From Chthoniobacterales bacterium (GTDB taxonomy: Bacteria; Verrucomicrobiota; Verrucomicrobiia; Chthoniobacterales; UBA10450), in contig JBAQJG010000594.1 of NCBI GenBank assembly GCA_049300145.1, positions 1 to 32,935 on the forward strand: 32,935 bases of DNA, read 5' to 3'. The notes under the pieces are model-generated. The model made no database searches. It was not told the DNA's origin and saw nothing but the letters and a program-made list of their open reading frames with translations. Numbering within the stretch: the stretch's first letter is position 1; each line of letters starts with the position of its first letter. The position numbers and the translations under genes are program-made. Of this stretch, positions 26,427 through 32,935 are shown piece by piece.

Positions 26427-26456
26427 TCGCGAGGACGGGCTCGCCCGCGAAAAAAT
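26427..26456 (+). promoter_or_regulatory. Island upstream motif copy 1 (TCGCGAG-loop-GGCTCGCCC-RCGAMAAAT)
   Basis: tcgcgaggacgggctcgcccgcgaaaaaat starts 52 nt before the OmpA-like ATG and contains the stem gcgag/ctcgc. See copy 2 at 30082. Confidence 0.45.
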
Positions 26457-26478
26457 CCAACTCAACTAGGAGACCGAA

Positions 26479-27420
26479 ATGAAAATTCGCACACGCGTCG
26501 CGTGGCTCGCCACCGCGGCGGTATTTTTATGCAACGTCACGGTGGCAGTCGCCAAAGATATTCCGGGCAGCAAGGATCATCCGCTGCTCAAACGATTCGA
26601 GGGCTCAGAGATCGTGCGCTACAAGGCGGCGCCTTTTGATACACTCGATTTTTACAAGAAAGAGAAAACCAAAGTCACACTTGAGGGACAAATGGTCCGC
26701 ATCGTTTTCAAGGTTCCGGCGGGCAAATCATCCTCTCTTGAGGTTTATCGCAACTACGAAAATGAGCTGAAAGAAAAGGGGTGGGACTTGGTCAATTCGG
26801 GCCCATCAGAGATTGGCGCGTACGACCTTTTCACTCAGCAGGGACTGGCGCTCAACGTTTTCGCCATTGTGCTGCGAAAACCGTTTTACATTTATGCCAT
26901 TAGGCACGATCCCGGCGGCGATGTTCATTTGGCTGTAACGATAGCCGAGGTCAGCCAGGACAATGGCGCCTTTAACGCAGAGGAAGTGATTGCTTCCGTT
27001 GATAGCATTCAGGTCAAAACCGTGACCAACAAGATGGTCGATGGCACTGCGAGCGACATGGCCAAAGAGATCGCCTCCACTGGGCATGTGAATCTATATG
27101 GGATTTACTTCGACTTCGATAAAGCGGACATCAAACCGGAGAGCAAACCGACATTGGACGAAGTTGGCAAGTTATTGAACGGCGATCCGAGTTTAAAACT
27201 TCAAGTAATCGGCCACACCGACAACAAAGGCACGGCCGATTACAACAACAACTTGTCGATGCGCCGCGCGCAATCGGTAGTGAAAGAACTCACCACCACC
27301 TACAACGTCGTCGCCAATAGATTGGAGCCCTCCGGCGCGGGTTTTACTAAGCCCGTCGCCTCGAACGACACCGAGGAAGGACGGGCTAAGAATCGCAGAG
27401 TCGAATTAGTGAAGATGTAA
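26479..27420 (+). CDS. OmpA-family peptidoglycan-binding protein with DUF4892-like N-terminal domain
   Basis: Signal peptide ..VTVAVA|KD. The N-terminal domain is IPGSKDHPLLKRFEGSEIV..FD. The C-terminal OmpA_C domain is FDFDKADIKPES..VIGHTDNKGTADYNNNLSMRRAQSV..GRAKNRRVELV. Confidence 0.85.
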   Translation: MKIRTRVAWLATAAVFLCNVTVAVAKDIPGSKDHPLLKRFEGSEIVRYKAAPFDTLDFYKKEKTKVTLEGQMVRIVFKVPAGKSSSLEVYRNYENELKEKGWDLVNSGPSEIGAYDLFTQQGLALNVFAIVLRKPFYIYAIRHDPGGDVHLAVTIAEVSQDNGAFNAEEVIASVDSIQVKTVTNKMVDGTASDMAKEIASTGHVNLYGIYFDFDKADIKPESKPTLDEVGKLLNGDPSLKLQVIGHTDNKGTADYNNNLSMRRAQSVVKELTTTYNVVANRLEPSGAGFTKPVASNDTEEGRAKNRRVELVKM

Positions 27421-27457
27421 CCAGGAACAAGATCGGGACCGCCGGTCTAAGCGAGCT

Positions 27458-29494
27458 ATGAAAGGCAGAATCTGGACAAAGATCCTCTGGCCGATTGCTG
27501 TTGCACTTGTGTTTGTTACCAGCCCTGACTACTCCGTTGCCGAAAGCAAAGCCGAGGCAAAGAAAGCGTGCGAAAAGGCAAAGCAGGAAGTAGACAAAGC
27601 GACGGAAGCAGCCGATAAAGCGCAAAAAGACGCCGATAACTTTATGTCGTCCCCGGCGGATCGGGATGCCGATAAGGCGGATAAGCAGGCGGCCACAGAT
27701 GAGCAAGCTGCCAGGGATGCCCAAGACAAGGCGGACAAGTCTCAGGTCGACGTAAACAACAATGTGCCAGGATCGGCCGAGGAGGCACGAAAGGACCAAC
27801 AGGCGGCGGACAAAGCTCGCGAAAAGGCGCAGGACTCGGAGAACAAAGCAGACGCCGCCGATAAAAAAGCAGACAAAGGCGAAAACAAAGACGATCCACA
27901 CAAGATCAATCGGCAGAAACAAAAGGAGAAGCGCAAAAAGGTCCAGGAGGCGTGGGACAAGTGTCGCAAGTTCAAGCTCGCCGGGTTGATTAGTTTAGGG
28001 CCGCCATCCAGCACCATCGGCGAGTATGTTGTTTCGGCTCAGTTGAGCGTTACAACTCCCGGCACAGGCGAAACCATCGGCCACATTGCCGATCTGGTAG
28101 TTCAGAATCTCACAGATCAACCGATCGCATGCGTGATTCCGCCAATGCTTCTGGAATCGAGCAGCGGCAAGAATCAGACTTACGCCTGTCCGAAACGGCA
28201 GGACGTGGCCCTCAGGCCGCACGAATTGAAAACCGTTCCGATGGATGGCGTTTGCCTGAATCGCAACAAGCCGCCCGTGGCTCCTGGTGTGACGGGCGAT
28301 CTGCAATTGAACGATGGCGGACCAAATGCCGGCCACAGCCATGTTAACCGTAAAGATGCGGACAAGCTGCTTCGACTTTGCGAAGCAAAGTACCAGGCGG
28401 CCGACAAGTTGGAAAAGGACGGTGCTCTCAAAGATTTGCCCTACAAGGATAAGCAGAAGCGCAAAGACATCTGCGTGCAGTGGACCACTTGGAGCGATCC
28501 GCAAATATGCGGGCTCACTGGCGCGCCGCCCGCCACCAAAGAGGACTTAAAGAAAGTTGTTTATAAGCAGGTGGAAGAGCAGGGACCGTTGACCCCGGAC
28601 AAAAAGAAGAAAATTGATCAAGGGATCGATACGATTTTTGAGAAAATTGAGCTGACCAGCAGCAAGGCAAAGGATCTCGAGAAACCGGAAGGCTCGATGA
28701 TTGCCGATCAGGGAGAAACCCCGCCATCGTCGACAGTAGCCAATGTTTCGGACGAAACGCCATCTCCGGCACCGGAGGCCGAGCCTAAAACCGAGACGGT
28801 GTACAACCCTGACGGCTCGACCACGACGACCACTACCGTTTCTACCGGAAACAGCGCCACAACCACTACTGAGACGCAGTATCTCGATGGAAGCAGCAGC
28901 TCGAAAACTGACGTGAAATACAAGAGCGGTGCGACTCTTACGCAGGTTAAAAATCGTGATGGCTCCACAGAGCAAACGTCAACTTCGACGGACGAGGATG
29001 GCACGCAGCGGACAACCGTTACCACCATAGCGAAGGACGGCACGCATACGACCACCACAACCGAGGTGGACAAGGACGGTAACAAAAAAGTCTCCACCAC
29101 ATCGGTGAATAGCGACGGCGTTTGGAACACGACGAGTGAGAAGACAAACATCGACGGCACGAAGGAGAAAACAAGCATCACCGATGACGGTTCGAGCACG
29201 ACGGTGTTCACCGAAAAGGACGGCAACACCGCTACCACGACCACGGACAACGAGGGACACGCCAAGACGAAGACGCCGAAGGGAAGCTACAGCGTAGATC
29301 CCCAGCCTGATGGATCGATGCTAGTCCACTGGAATATCCCTACCGGCACCGGTGGTTCTTCGTCTTATCCGCGCGGAACGACTATTACGCCTAACATCGC
29401 GCCTAACGCAGATCCTAACAACTCGCATCCATTCATCGCCACACCGCCACCGCCACCGCCGCTTCCGAGCGCGGGAGAAGGTAAGAAACCATGA
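27458..29494 (+). CDS. Island protein A1: secreted, K/A/D/E-rich coiled-coil N-terminus + conserved six-Cys core + Thr-rich DG-repeat C-terminus with poly-Pro tail
   Basis: 678 aa with a signal peptide (MKGRIWTKILWPIAVALVFVTS). The core (residues about 195-440) is paralogous to A2. The C-terminus has at least 10 DG(S/T/N) repeats in Thr-rich sequence and ends PPPPPPLPSAGEGKKP. Lies 37 nt after the OmpA-like gene. Confidence 0.8.
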   Translation: MKGRIWTKILWPIAVALVFVTSPDYSVAESKAEAKKACEKAKQEVDKATEAADKAQKDADNFMSSPADRDADKADKQAATDEQAARDAQDKADKSQVDVNNNVPGSAEEARKDQQAADKAREKAQDSENKADAADKKADKGENKDDPHKINRQKQKEKRKKVQEAWDKCRKFKLAGLISLGPPSSTIGEYVVSAQLSVTTPGTGETIGHIADLVVQNLTDQPIACVIPPMLLESSSGKNQTYACPKRQDVALRPHELKTVPMDGVCLNRNKPPVAPGVTGDLQLNDGGPNAGHSHVNRKDADKLLRLCEAKYQAADKLEKDGALKDLPYKDKQKRKDICVQWTTWSDPQICGLTGAPPATKEDLKKVVYKQVEEQGPLTPDKKKKIDQGIDTIFEKIELTSSKAKDLEKPEGSMIADQGETPPSSTVANVSDETPSPAPEAEPKTETVYNPDGSTTTTTTVSTGNSATTTTETQYLDGSSSSKTDVKYKSGATLTQVKNRDGSTEQTSTSTDEDGTQRTTVTTIAKDGTHTTTTTEVDKDGNKKVSTTSVNSDGVWNTTSEKTNIDGTKEKTSITDDGSSTTVFTEKDGNTATTTTDNEGHAKTKTPKGSYSVDPQPDGSMLVHWNIPTGTGGSSSYPRGTTITPNIAPNADPNNSHPFIATPPPPPPLPSAGEGKKP

Positions 29495-29613
29495 CCAGCC
29501 GACCGGCAACTAGTAACTATTCAAATCCTTCCGTTGCAGCCGACGCAAAATTCCAGGCGGTGACGCCCGCGGGCCACTCGATTGTTTCTTCGCCAACCTC
29601 CTTCGCGAGGTGA
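29491..29613 (+). CDS. 40-codon ORF, likely a 5'-truncated remnant of a B-type gene
   Basis: ATGA overlap with the A1 stop and GTGA overlap with the C1 start. Its ..AADAKFQAVTPAGHSIVSSPTSFAR* aligns with the B2 C-terminus TADKRLQIVVAGQPIVLPLTALAK*. At DNA level gcgggcca..tcg.tt..gcc..c.aac is shared. Confidence 0.35.
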   Translation: MTSRPATSNYSNPSVAADAKFQAVTPAGHSIVSSPTSFAR

Positions 29614-29978
29614 AAACGCCCGCTCTTATTTTATCGACAGGAGTCGTCGCAAGCGCGATCATCCTAACGGGCAACGCCTCGGACAAGAAGGCATCATGTC
29701 CCTGCCATCCCTGTACATGTTCGCCGTTGCTCCTACATATGCCGGGTCACATGCTTGTTGGCTGGGAACCGACGCCTGCCGATCACGCCCCGCCCGGATC
29801 GCTCTATTATTTAGAGACGACCATGATCGGTTCGAAAAGTTTTGATGAAGCATTGCGATATGCTTGGAGCACGGTGCAAAGAAACTTGCAGACGGGAGAA
29901 TTCCAAAAGGGCAACGCGTTCCTAATCAAGGTGGCCGATTTGCGCAAAGCTGGCGTTACCCCGCAACCCTATCAGTAG
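29610..29978 (+). CDS. Island protein C1: N-terminal hydrophobic anchor + SCPCHPCTCSP cysteine motif + about 80-aa C-terminal domain
   Basis: 122 aa with a GTG start. Residues 1-39 align with the partial ORF at 32682, with Cys30 in the identical register. HMPGHM follows the motif. Confidence 0.6.
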   Translation: MKTPALILSTGVVASAIILTGNASDKKASCPCHPCTCSPLLLHMPGHMLVGWEPTPADHAPPGSLYYLETTMIGSKSFDEALRYAWSTVQRNLQTGEFQKGNAFLIKVADLRKAGVTPQPYQ

Positions 29979-30016
29979 TGCCGCGTCACCGCCGGCTTAA
30001 CAGCAGGGCCGGACTA

Positions 30017-30034
30017 TTCCTTAAGTTCCTTAAG
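30017..30034. repeat. Tandem 9-mer TTCCTTAAG x2 in a T-rich inter-cassette spacer
   Basis: attccttaagttccttaagttctttcttttcg follows a weak hairpin (ccggc..gccgg, 29992-30012). Possible terminator region for cassette 1. Confidence 0.4.
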
Positions 30035-30081
30035 TTCTTTCTTTTCGTTCGCGGTTCAATTCAGTAAATAGAGCACAGACT

Positions 30082-30112
30082 TCGCGAGCGTCCGGCTCGC
30101 CCACGACAAATT
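30082..30112 (+). promoter_or_regulatory. Island upstream motif copy 2
   Basis: tcgcgagcgtccggctcgcccacgacaaatt starts 51 nt before the A2 ATG and contains the stem gcgagc/gctcgc. Confidence 0.45.
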
Positions 30113-30132
30113 AGAAATCAAAGGTCAACCTT

Positions 30133-31995
30133 ATGAAAACCATCGTGCCCAGAATCATTTTCATCGGCGCAATTGTCGGCGCAGTTCTGATCACAGCGCT
30201 TCCTCAAATCCGCGCGGATGACTTCGATGACGCCGAGAAGGCGGTAAAGGATTGCGAGCAGGCGACAAAGGACGCCCAGGATAACGTGCCTGTGAAAAGC
30301 GTCCGGGATGCCGAGAATAAATTGGATCAGGCGGAACAAAAGCTGGACGACGTAAATTCTAAGACTAATCCGACGGCGACCGATCTCGAAAAAAAGGACG
30401 CCCAAACCGAGCGTGACGACGCTCAAAAGGCGGCCGATGACGCGCAAGCAGCCGGAAACCCGGATCTCAAGGGTAAGTATGATAAGTATCGCGATGCACT
30501 AAAGAGGCGTCGCGAGGCGTGTAAGAAGCTGAAAAAGCTCATTCCCGACCTGCAAGCGCAGGTCAGCAAGCAGGCGCACCATCTTTCCGACAACATTGTG
30601 AACGCACACAAGAACGTGCTTAGAAAGGCTAGTGATTGCGTAAAAAAATGCGGAGAGCCACCAGCGGTGGCGATGGTTATGCCGGGAGTCACCCCCGGTG
30701 GTCCAACACTTGCGTCGCTTGCTTCGACCGGTCGGATAGCGGTTAGCTTCACCGGCACCGGCGAAACCATTGGGCCAGTAGCGATGCTGACGCTTCAAAA
30801 CCTAACCGATGAGCCGATCAACTGCGCGATTCCGCCGATGGTTCTCGAATCGGGCAGCCGCAAAAACCAAGACTACGTATGCCCGAAAGGTCAGAGCGTG
30901 GCAATTGGGCCACACGGGACGGCGACCGTTCCGATGGATGGAGTTTGTGTCAACCGCAGTAAACCGCCGGTCGGTAAAGGCGTGGGCGGAGATTTGGTGA
31001 TGAACGACGGTAATCCAAATGTCCCCGCGAATGCGAATTCCCACGTTTCGCCAAGAGGCGCCAACAAGCTGCTAGGTCTCTGCACTGCGAAGTATGACGC
31101 GGTCGATAAATTGCAGAAAGATGGCACTCTCAAGGATTTGCCGTACAAAGACAAGCAAAAACAAAAGGATATTTGCGTGCAGTGGAGCACTTGGTCAGAT
31201 CCGCGCATTTGCGAAATTACCGGTGCGCAGCCCGCGACCAAAGACGACTTAAAAAAAGTTGTTTACAAGCAAGTCGAAGAGCAGGGACCGTTGACCCCGG
31301 ACAAAAAGAAGAAGATCGATCAGGGAATCGACACCATCTTCGACAAGATCGAGTTAACTAGCGAAAAGGCGAAGGACCTTGAGAAGCCGGAGAGCGAAAC
31401 GATCGCCAACGAAAGCGAAACACCTGCCGCTGGGTCGGCAGTAAACATTTCCAATCAGACGCCAACTCCGGCACCGCAGACGCAGGAAAAGCCAAAAAAG
31501 AAAAAACCAAAACTATCGGGCGACCGGCCCAAGCCGGTGCGGGATTGGTGGGACAAACTATACGCCATGGAAGTGGCCGATGTGAAGAAGCAGCAAAAGG
31601 AAGAGGCCTATACCCGCGAGAAAAACAATTATTTCGATAAAAGCAAACATCATCAAGAGCTGGTAGATAAAGTGAGCAAAATACAGGCAATACTTAGCAA
31701 CCCATTAAGTAAGAACACTGCCGTGGAGAATGACAAATTGATCAAGGAGAGGAATGAGTTACAGAAGGAGCTCGCGAAACTTGAAGCTGACCTAGAGAAG
31801 GATTTTCGGCAGACGGACGAAGGAAAGAAAGCGCTTCAAGAAATGGGTGATGCTCAGCAGGCTGCCAATGATGCCCACAAAGCCGAAGCAGAAGCGGGTA
31901 AGTACATAGACAAGGAGGCGATCGGACACGCGGTCGTGGAGCAACTGCAGAAGAATGCTGCTGACCAAGCGAAGGCGGACCAGGCTGTACCTTGA
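30133..31995 (+). CDS. Island protein A2: secreted, coiled-coil N-terminus + conserved six-Cys core + Lys-rich linker and coiled-coil C-terminus
   Basis: 620 aa with signal peptide MKTIVPRIIFIGAIVGAVLITALPQIRA. The core (residues about 203-448) is paralogous to A1, for example GTGETIGPVAMLTLQNLTDEPINCAIPPMVLES against GTGETIGHIADLVVQNLTDQPIACVIPPMLLES. Confidence 0.8.
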   Translation: MKTIVPRIIFIGAIVGAVLITALPQIRADDFDDAEKAVKDCEQATKDAQDNVPVKSVRDAENKLDQAEQKLDDVNSKTNPTATDLEKKDAQTERDDAQKAADDAQAAGNPDLKGKYDKYRDALKRRREACKKLKKLIPDLQAQVSKQAHHLSDNIVNAHKNVLRKASDCVKKCGEPPAVAMVMPGVTPGGPTLASLASTGRIAVSFTGTGETIGPVAMLTLQNLTDEPINCAIPPMVLESGSRKNQDYVCPKGQSVAIGPHGTATVPMDGVCVNRSKPPVGKGVGGDLVMNDGNPNVPANANSHVSPRGANKLLGLCTAKYDAVDKLQKDGTLKDLPYKDKQKQKDICVQWSTWSDPRICEITGAQPATKDDLKKVVYKQVEEQGPLTPDKKKKIDQGIDTIFDKIELTSEKAKDLEKPESETIANESETPAAGSAVNISNQTPTPAPQTQEKPKKKKPKLSGDRPKPVRDWWDKLYAMEVADVKKQQKEEAYTREKNNYFDKSKHHQELVDKVSKIQAILSNPLSKNTAVENDKLIKERNELQKELAKLEADLEKDFRQTDEGKKALQEMGDAQQAANDAHKAEAEAGKYIDKEAIGHAVVEQLQKNAADQAKADQAVP

Positions 31996-32151
31996 TTTGG
32001 AAGAGCCGACCAAGCCAGCAAAGAAGAACTGTCGTCATGAATGTGAAGTCGGCGATGAGTTCGTCTTCTGATCTGCCAACTCACTTTCTTTGACTTGACA
32101 TTCACGCGGCATCGGCCCAGAATCGCGGCTGATTTAATCTCATAAGTAAGT

Positions 32152-32685
32152 ATGCCGATGAAGAGATCCAATGGCATCGTTGTGCTGTTGATGGTGGGTT
32201 TGGTTGTCGCTCTTTCAGTGGAAGGCGCTCCTCGGGGCAGTGGAAGTTTGACGCCGGTCCGTAATACAACGAAGCGCGGCGCTTACACTATCGAGACAAT
32301 TGGGGACACGTTGCATCAAGCATCGCCACAAAATACACGTCTGATCATTCGCGTTTCTGGTGCTGACAAGAAGCTGATCAAGCCAGATTCAATCGCGCTG
32401 ATCGACAAAAGCGGTGCGGCCATCAAGCCAGTCCTTCGGGAAGACCGCAAGGTCGGTCACGAGGAAAATACCGGCTTACCTATTTCAATCGGCGGATCTA
32501 CCGACAGTTCCGGAGCGGCCGTCAACGGGGTTGGCATTAATTTGAACAAGATCTTGGGACCGCACGGCGATTACGCTTACACCAAGGTCGATTGGCCCAA
32601 GGAAGCCTTCACGGCGGACAAAAGACTTCAGATTGTTGTTGCGGGCCAGCCAATCGTTTTGCCGCTAACTGCGTTGGCGAAATGA
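32152..32685 (+). CDS. Island protein B2: small secreted protein (177 aa), no family recognised
   Basis: Signal peptide MPMKRSNGIVVLLMVGLVVALSVEGA. Composition looks beta-rich. The stop overlaps the start of the next ORF (ATGA). Confidence 0.65.
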   Translation: MPMKRSNGIVVLLMVGLVVALSVEGAPRGSGSLTPVRNTTKRGAYTIETIGDTLHQASPQNTRLIIRVSGADKKLIKPDSIALIDKSGAAIKPVLREDRKVGHEENTGLPISIGGSTDSSGAAVNGVGINLNKILGPHGDYAYTKVDWPKEAFTADKRLQIVVAGQPIVLPLTALAK

Positions 32686-32935
32686 ACGGAGGCGTCTTCG
32701 TCGCTTCGATCACAGTCGGCGCGAGCGTCGTCATTTTGGCGGGAGGCGCGTTCGCTAGAACATCGTCTTGCCCATGTAATCCGTGTACCTGTTCGCCTTG
32801 CACATGTGGCGTCGGCAAGAGCGGGCATAGTAGCCCTACCAAGACCGAAACTGGCAAAACCGAGCCCAAACATCATGAGGTAAGCAAGGAGAGGGACCAT
32901 GAAAGGGGCCACGGGCATGCCGGAGTCGGAGTCAA
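32682..32935 (+). CDS. Island protein C2 (partial, runs off the window end): hydrophobic anchor + SCPCNPCTCSPCTC motif + His/Lys/Glu-rich region
   Basis: This ORF is not in the supplied track because it has no stop. It reads ATG 32682: MNGGVFVASITVGASVVILAGGAFARTSSCPCNPCTCSPCTCGVGKSGHSSPTKTETGKTEPKHHEVSKERDHERGHGHAGVGV.., and is homologous to the C1 N-terminus. Confidence 0.6.
   Translation, partial: MNGGVFVASITVGASVVILAGGAFARTSSCPCNPCTCSPCTCGVGKSGHSSPTKTETGKTEPKHHEVSKERDHERGHGHAGVGV

Larger units (their letters stand above)
24168..32935. mobile_element. Integrated genomic island (left end; right end beyond the window)
   Basis: A tRNA 3' fragment immediately precedes a tyrosine integrase. 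Cargo genes have no recognisable housekeeping role. Codon and base usage look more A-rich than the flanking core, judged by eye. Confidence 0.6.

Noticed and set aside
27386-29265. Several long minus-strand ORFs (27386-27922, 27995-28504, 28547-28975, 28708-29265) antisense to A1
   Set aside because: They are mirror ORFs created by the biased K/A/D/E and Thr-rich codon composition of A1. Their products are low-complexity (poly-V/F/L/R) and lack start-site context.
29582-29845. 87-aa plus-strand ORF overlapping C1 in another frame
   Set aside because: It is Arg-rich and has no paralog. The C1 frame is supported by its homology to the C2 N-terminus and by coupling to the upstream ORF.
32095-32123. 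Sigma-70-like promoter (TTGACA, 17 nt, CAGAAT) upstream of B2
   Set aside because: The -35 hexamer is perfect but the -10 is weak (4 of 6). I have no knowledge of promoter consensus in this lineage. It is too speculative to list as a feature.

Overview
This 32.9-kb window splits into two parts. By gene content it looks like a PVC/Verrucomicrobia-like soil bacterium, but that taxonomic guess is inference only.

**Positions 1-24,100: ordinary chromosomal genes.**
- Housekeeping and metabolism: gatB, glycerate kinase, a gamma-carbonic-anhydrase-like hexapeptide protein, a HAD phosphatase and a full-length Lhr helicase.
- A compact exopolysaccharide pair: a 1118-aa fusion of GH18-like, NodB deacetylase and processive GT2 synthase domains, followed by a GH26-like lipoprotein.
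- An ECF sigma / anti-sigma / PDZ operon.
- A seven-repeat SBBP beta-propeller protein whose gene is bracketed by a roughly 200-bp direct duplication.
- A carboxypeptidase-regulatory-like protein and a large BNR/Asp-box double-propeller protein.

**Position 24,168 onward: an integrated island.** A 3' fragment of tRNA-Leu(CAA), with the 5' half missing, directly abuts a tyrosine integrase. I read this as the left att junction of an island that continues past the window end.

**Island cargo (most interesting part).** I cannot assign it to any family I know.
- It starts with an OmpA-type peptidoglycan-binding protein.
- Two tandem paralogous cassettes follow. Each has a large secreted protein (A) with a variable coiled-coil N-terminus, a conserved six-cysteine core and an unrelated C-terminus.
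- Each also has a small secreted protein (B) and a small membrane/signal-anchored protein (C) carrying an invariant S-C-P-C-x-P-C-T-C-S-P motif at identical residue positions.
- B is full length in cassette 2 and reduced to a 40-codon remnant in cassette 1. The B and C genes overlap by 4 nt in both cassettes, and A1 overlaps the B1 remnant the same way.
- A shared hairpin-containing 30-nt motif sits about 51-52 nt upstream of two of the island start codons.

**Other non-coding structure.** There is an intergenic palindromic element family with TTGTAG termini, TCAACGY heptamer arrays, a GAATGACGAA repeat array around the GH26 start codon, and an in-frame hexanucleotide microsatellite encoding a Pro-Thr linker.

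No CRISPR array, rRNA or intact tRNA was seen.
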